Of a DNA stretch of 64,000 nt, positions 61,094-64,000 are shown piece after piece. Under the pieces are notes generated by a model. The model was given only the letters and a program-made list of their open reading frames with translations, was not told where the DNA came from and ran no database searches. A program made the translations under genes and the position numbers. The DNA comes from an uncultured virus (IMG/VR IMGVR_UViG_3300003629_000002) (Duplodnaviria; Heunggongvirae; Uroviricota; Caudoviricetes): the IMG/VR virus record IMGVR_UViG_3300003629_000002. The stretch is one strand, 5' to 3'. Positions within the stretch are counted from its first letter, which is position 1. The number at the start of each line of letters is the position of its first letter.

Positions 61094-61172
61094 TATAATC
61101 CTCCTCGCAAATTGGGCTACCTGTTCCACACCTTACTGTTATATATACACTCATCATACTTAAACCTTTCGA

Positions 61173-61556
61173 TTATGTTGTCTCGACCACGCTGTTGTTG
61201 CTCCCAGTATTGTCGATTTCGACAGGTCCACCTGTTCCGGGGTCCGTCGCCTCTGCTTGAACATCGTCCTTTACATAGAGAGGGCTTCCGTTCACCGTGA
61301 CAGATTGCGAGACAACCGATGGGTCGATGTCGTGACTCTGAAACGAGCCGCACGTTGGCGGGTCGCCGGAGTACGAGTGAGCGTGACTATCGAAATGAAT
61401 GTCGGCGGTTGCCGTAGTAGCAACAGGCGTTCCATTTATGGAGACGCTCTGCGGCGCTCTGTTTTCGACAGTCCCCGGTGCTGGTTCCGTACAACTACTC
61501 GGGTGTCCGAAAGCGGTCGCGTCAGCACCTTCCAGCACAATAGTCTTCTCTACCAT
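61173..61556 (-). CDS. PAAR-like spike tip protein
   Basis: GH, SVSINGTPVA, HAH, SVTVNGSP. Confidence 0.75.
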   Translation of the reverse strand: MVEKTIVLEGADATAFGHPSSCTEPAPGTVENRAPQSVSINGTPVATTATADIHFDSHAHSYSGDPPTCGSFQSHDIDPSVVSQSVTVNGSPLYVKDDVQAEATDPGTGGPVEIDNTGSNNSVVETT

Positions 61557-62128
61557 GAGATTTTACTCCCATCATCAACAAAGTCTACACTTTTCTCGTA
61601 CCACGTAAAGTTTCCATTTCCATCAGAGACGATTCCATAACCAGAGCCGTCTCCAATCTTAAACGAGCCATCTTCCGATATTTCGAAGCCGCCTTTTGGT
61701 GTCGCGTCATCGCCTTCTGGCTTGAATGAGACTCGTGCCCAGTCGCCATCAGGATGCATCTCGATATAGAGGTCGCCACGGTTATATCTGATTGTTCCTG
61801 CTTCAGCAAGTGGCGCACGGTCTTGGTCGTTATAGAGAACCTGTGTCACGATTGGAAACTCACCGGAACCGTGTTCATCGAGGAAGTGAATCATAACCAT
61901 ATCTTCCTTCTTTGGAACGTGTACCATTCCTGCACCGGGAGCCGCAACGGGAACATTACGCCGTTCCTGAACCTCATCTCGAAGTAGAACGTTAACCTCG
62001 AAATTAGAAAAGTCGTCATCTGACGTATGTTCTTCAACGCTCTGCACAATACCAATCTGCGGCATCTGCACAGACTGCTCGATTACTTGCTCGATGTATT
62101 TTGCTTCGGTTCTGTCAAATTCTGTCAT
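61550..62128 (-). CDS. Baseplate central spike (gpV-like)
   Basis: OB-fold-like P...D.V.I.F..G..P motif, beta-helix tail; synteny. Confidence 0.75.
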   Translation of the reverse strand: MTEFDRTEAKYIEQVIEQSVQMPQIGIVQSVEEHTSDDDFSNFEVNVLLRDEVQERRNVPVAAPGAGMVHVPKKEDMVMIHFLDEHGSGEFPIVTQVLYNDQDRAPLAEAGTIRYNRGDLYIEMHPDGDWARVSFKPEGDDATPKGGFEISEDGSFKIGDGSGYGIVSDGNGNFTWYEKSVDFVDDGSKISW

Positions 62129-63474
62129 TGTTCAACACTATATTCTCCTTCTTCCGAACTGAGTACGATTTCCCCGTCTTGATACTCGAACACAGGTCCG
62201 CTGTAACGACCAGCAATACCCGCGCATTCAACTTTAGTAACGTACCCATCCGAACCATTCAGTCGATGCGAAACCTTTCCTACGAGGTACTGCGCTGGTT
62301 CAATGAACTCTCCTTGCGAAGTCTGTCCGAACCGCTTCGGCATTTCAACAACGTCGAGTATATCTACCATTGGACGACCAACAATTGTAATCGAGCCACC
62401 AGCCTGTTGCTCCTGTAATTCATTGAGAATCTTATTTCGGATTCGTTGGGCTTCCTCCTTCGTCTTAATAGACTTATTCTTATAGGTAAAGATAGGCTCT
62501 TTTAATTCTTGGTCTGTGCTGGATGCTTGCTGAACTGCCGCGATTTCCTCCTCGGTAAATCCAATTCGTTGGAGGTCAGCGGTCGTCCCATCATATCCGC
62601 CATACGGTTGACCACCAGCCTCGACGCTTCCAACAGAGATTACGCCATCTTTTGAAATTAGTTTCTTTGCTTCACGTCCAGACTCGGAGGATATTCCGTC
62701 TCCGACGACTCGGACGCTTCTATACGGAGGCGTCTGTTTTCCTGCGCTTGTTTCAGTAACCCAATCTAAGCGATGAATACTCGTTTCAGTTGGGCCAAAA
62801 CGAAGTACGTTAAATGCATCGACCCACCAATTTACGTTGACTGCTTTTGCAAGGTCGTCGAGTACGTCAGCACACTTAACTTGTGTATACTGTCTTGAAA
62901 TTTCTAATCCTTCTTTTGTTGCATTTCTCGGGACATTTGCCCGTGTTTTTTGAACAATGTCTACGTATCCAAGAGATACATTCTCCTCTGGATTTTCAAT
63001 ATTAATATCTGCTTCAAGGTCAGGAATAATGCTTGAGTCTTTCTCCGAATTTACCTTATCGACAATCTCTTGCACGAGTGAAGAAACGACAGTTTCACCA
63101 TCGCCGGTTGAGAAGTTGAGTTTAATTTTCTTGAGGTCAAGAATGAAATCAACTGCGTCAACTTCCCATAGTCCTTTCTGCATCTGGAACGAGTTTGAAA
63201 CGTATCCAGTAAAGACTCTGTATAATTCATCAGGGTCGTCACTTTTTGAGCGTCCAGCATTCTCGATGAATGATGTGCGCGGTCCTAATCTGATGATAAT
63301 TTCAGTTCCTTCAACTGGGACTATATCGCCTTCCTGTTCGGGGTCAGGAATTACCATCATTCTTGCTGTATCAGTCTCGTTATATCTCGAACGAGAGACA
63401 TCCATATCTGTCGGAATCCATTTGTTTCCGCCAATCTGAATGTCAATAGCAATATCGTGTTCGATTATCGTCAT
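62125..63474 (-). CDS. Baseplate hub (gpD-like)
   Basis: VFTGYV, L..LA, G.P, YLV.KV.H; synteny. Confidence 0.7.
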   Translation of the reverse strand: MTIIEHDIAIDIQIGGNKWIPTDMDVSRSRYNETDTARMMVIPDPEQEGDIVPVEGTEIIIRLGPRTSFIENAGRSKSDDPDELYRVFTGYVSNSFQMQKGLWEVDAVDFILDLKKIKLNFSTGDGETVVSSLVQEIVDKVNSEKDSSIIPDLEADINIENPEENVSLGYVDIVQKTRANVPRNATKEGLEISRQYTQVKCADVLDDLAKAVNVNWWVDAFNVLRFGPTETSIHRLDWVTETSAGKQTPPYRSVRVVGDGISSESGREAKKLISKDGVISVGSVEAGGQPYGGYDGTTADLQRIGFTEEEIAAVQQASSTDQELKEPIFTYKNKSIKTKEEAQRIRNKILNELQEQQAGGSITIVGRPMVDILDVVEMPKRFGQTSQGEFIEPAQYLVGKVSHRLNGSDGYVTKVECAGIAGRYSGPVFEYQDGEIVLSSEEGEYSVEQ

Positions 63475-63956
63475 CTATCAACCTCTACCAATTCAATGCC
63501 GAACGTGTGCGTGAATTGTCCATCAAGGTCGATTGCGCCTCCATCTTCCAATGGGCTTGTCGAAGTAGCCGCAACCTGACAAACACCAGAATATCGGCTA
63601 CTAATTATCTCAATTGTAGCCTCATATCGGAGATTATCGAGAAGCAATGCTTCCATTGCCGTACAAACTCCCTCGATAGAGATTTCGACAAGTCCGGGTC
63701 CGATTCGTTGTCGAACAATTGGCCCGTCGATGGTCGCGTGTTCGGTAAATCGTGCGCTCGAATTAACTGATACGTTTGGCTGGTCGTACTTCAACTGAAA
63801 GATGAGTCCACCATTATCAGTAAATCCTTGCGTGTCTCCTGAACTTCGAATCCGATTCTTCTGACGCTCGGCCTGTTGTGCGCTGATGAACCCTGCTTGT
63901 CGAAGTTGATTAATCCCTTCGATTGTGTTCTGTGTCGCGCCTTCAGGAAGACCCAT
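63471..63956 (-). CDS. Tail tube initiator (gpU-like); start uncertain
   Basis: EH..I.G..V.Q.IG.....ISIEG; synteny. Confidence 0.55.
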   Translation of the reverse strand: MGLPEGATQNTIEGINQLRQAGFISAQQAERQKNRIRSSGDTQGFTDNGGLIFQLKYDQPNVSVNSSARFTEHATIDGPIVRQRIGPGLVEISIEGVCTAMEALLLDNLRYEATIEIISSRYSGVCQVAATSTSPLEDGGAIDLDGQFTHTFGIELVEVDR

Positions 63957-64000
63957 CTCCGCGATTCTGGTCCCGCGACTCTCAAGTTCTGAAACTGAAA

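Overview
This window is part of a large haloarchaeal tailed virus genome. It has acidic proteins, BRE/TATA promoters, mostly leaderless genes and a contractile-tail baseplate module, and its overall plan recalls HGTV-1-like haloviruses. Positions 1-26 kb hold early/accessory genes, including an RNA-repair set (RtcB, a Ro60/TROVE gene split by an HNH endonuclease, an RlaP-like nucleotidyltransferase, HD, HIT-like and RNase H genes). Positions 24-32 kb hold nucleotide metabolism genes (thyX, class II RNR with an intein, dcd, tmk). Positions 32-44.7 kb hold about 34 tRNA genes interleaved with structured RNAs, micro-ORFs and three PD-(D/E)XK endonucleases. PolB, Hjc and an exonuclease follow at 46-53 kb, and tail/baseplate genes lie on the minus strand at 53-64 kb. 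Four observations stand out. (1) There is a family of bulge-helix-bulge (BHB) introns carrying PD-(D/E)XK endonucleases: a 411-nt one in tRNA-Asn, a 60-nt relic in tRNA-Ile that still encodes the nuclease C-terminus, and a probable third in an unknown ncRNA. (2) There are Y-RNA/YrlA-like tRNA mimics, one permuted and one not, which share a TACTTCA motif and occur in a genome encoding Ro60 and RtcB. (3) The RNR active-site intein ends in Arg-Gly instead of His-Asn. (4) The Ro60 gene is split, and its second half is driven by a promoter inside the invading HNH gene. All calls come from reading motifs and base-pairing by eye; no database searches or folding programs were run.
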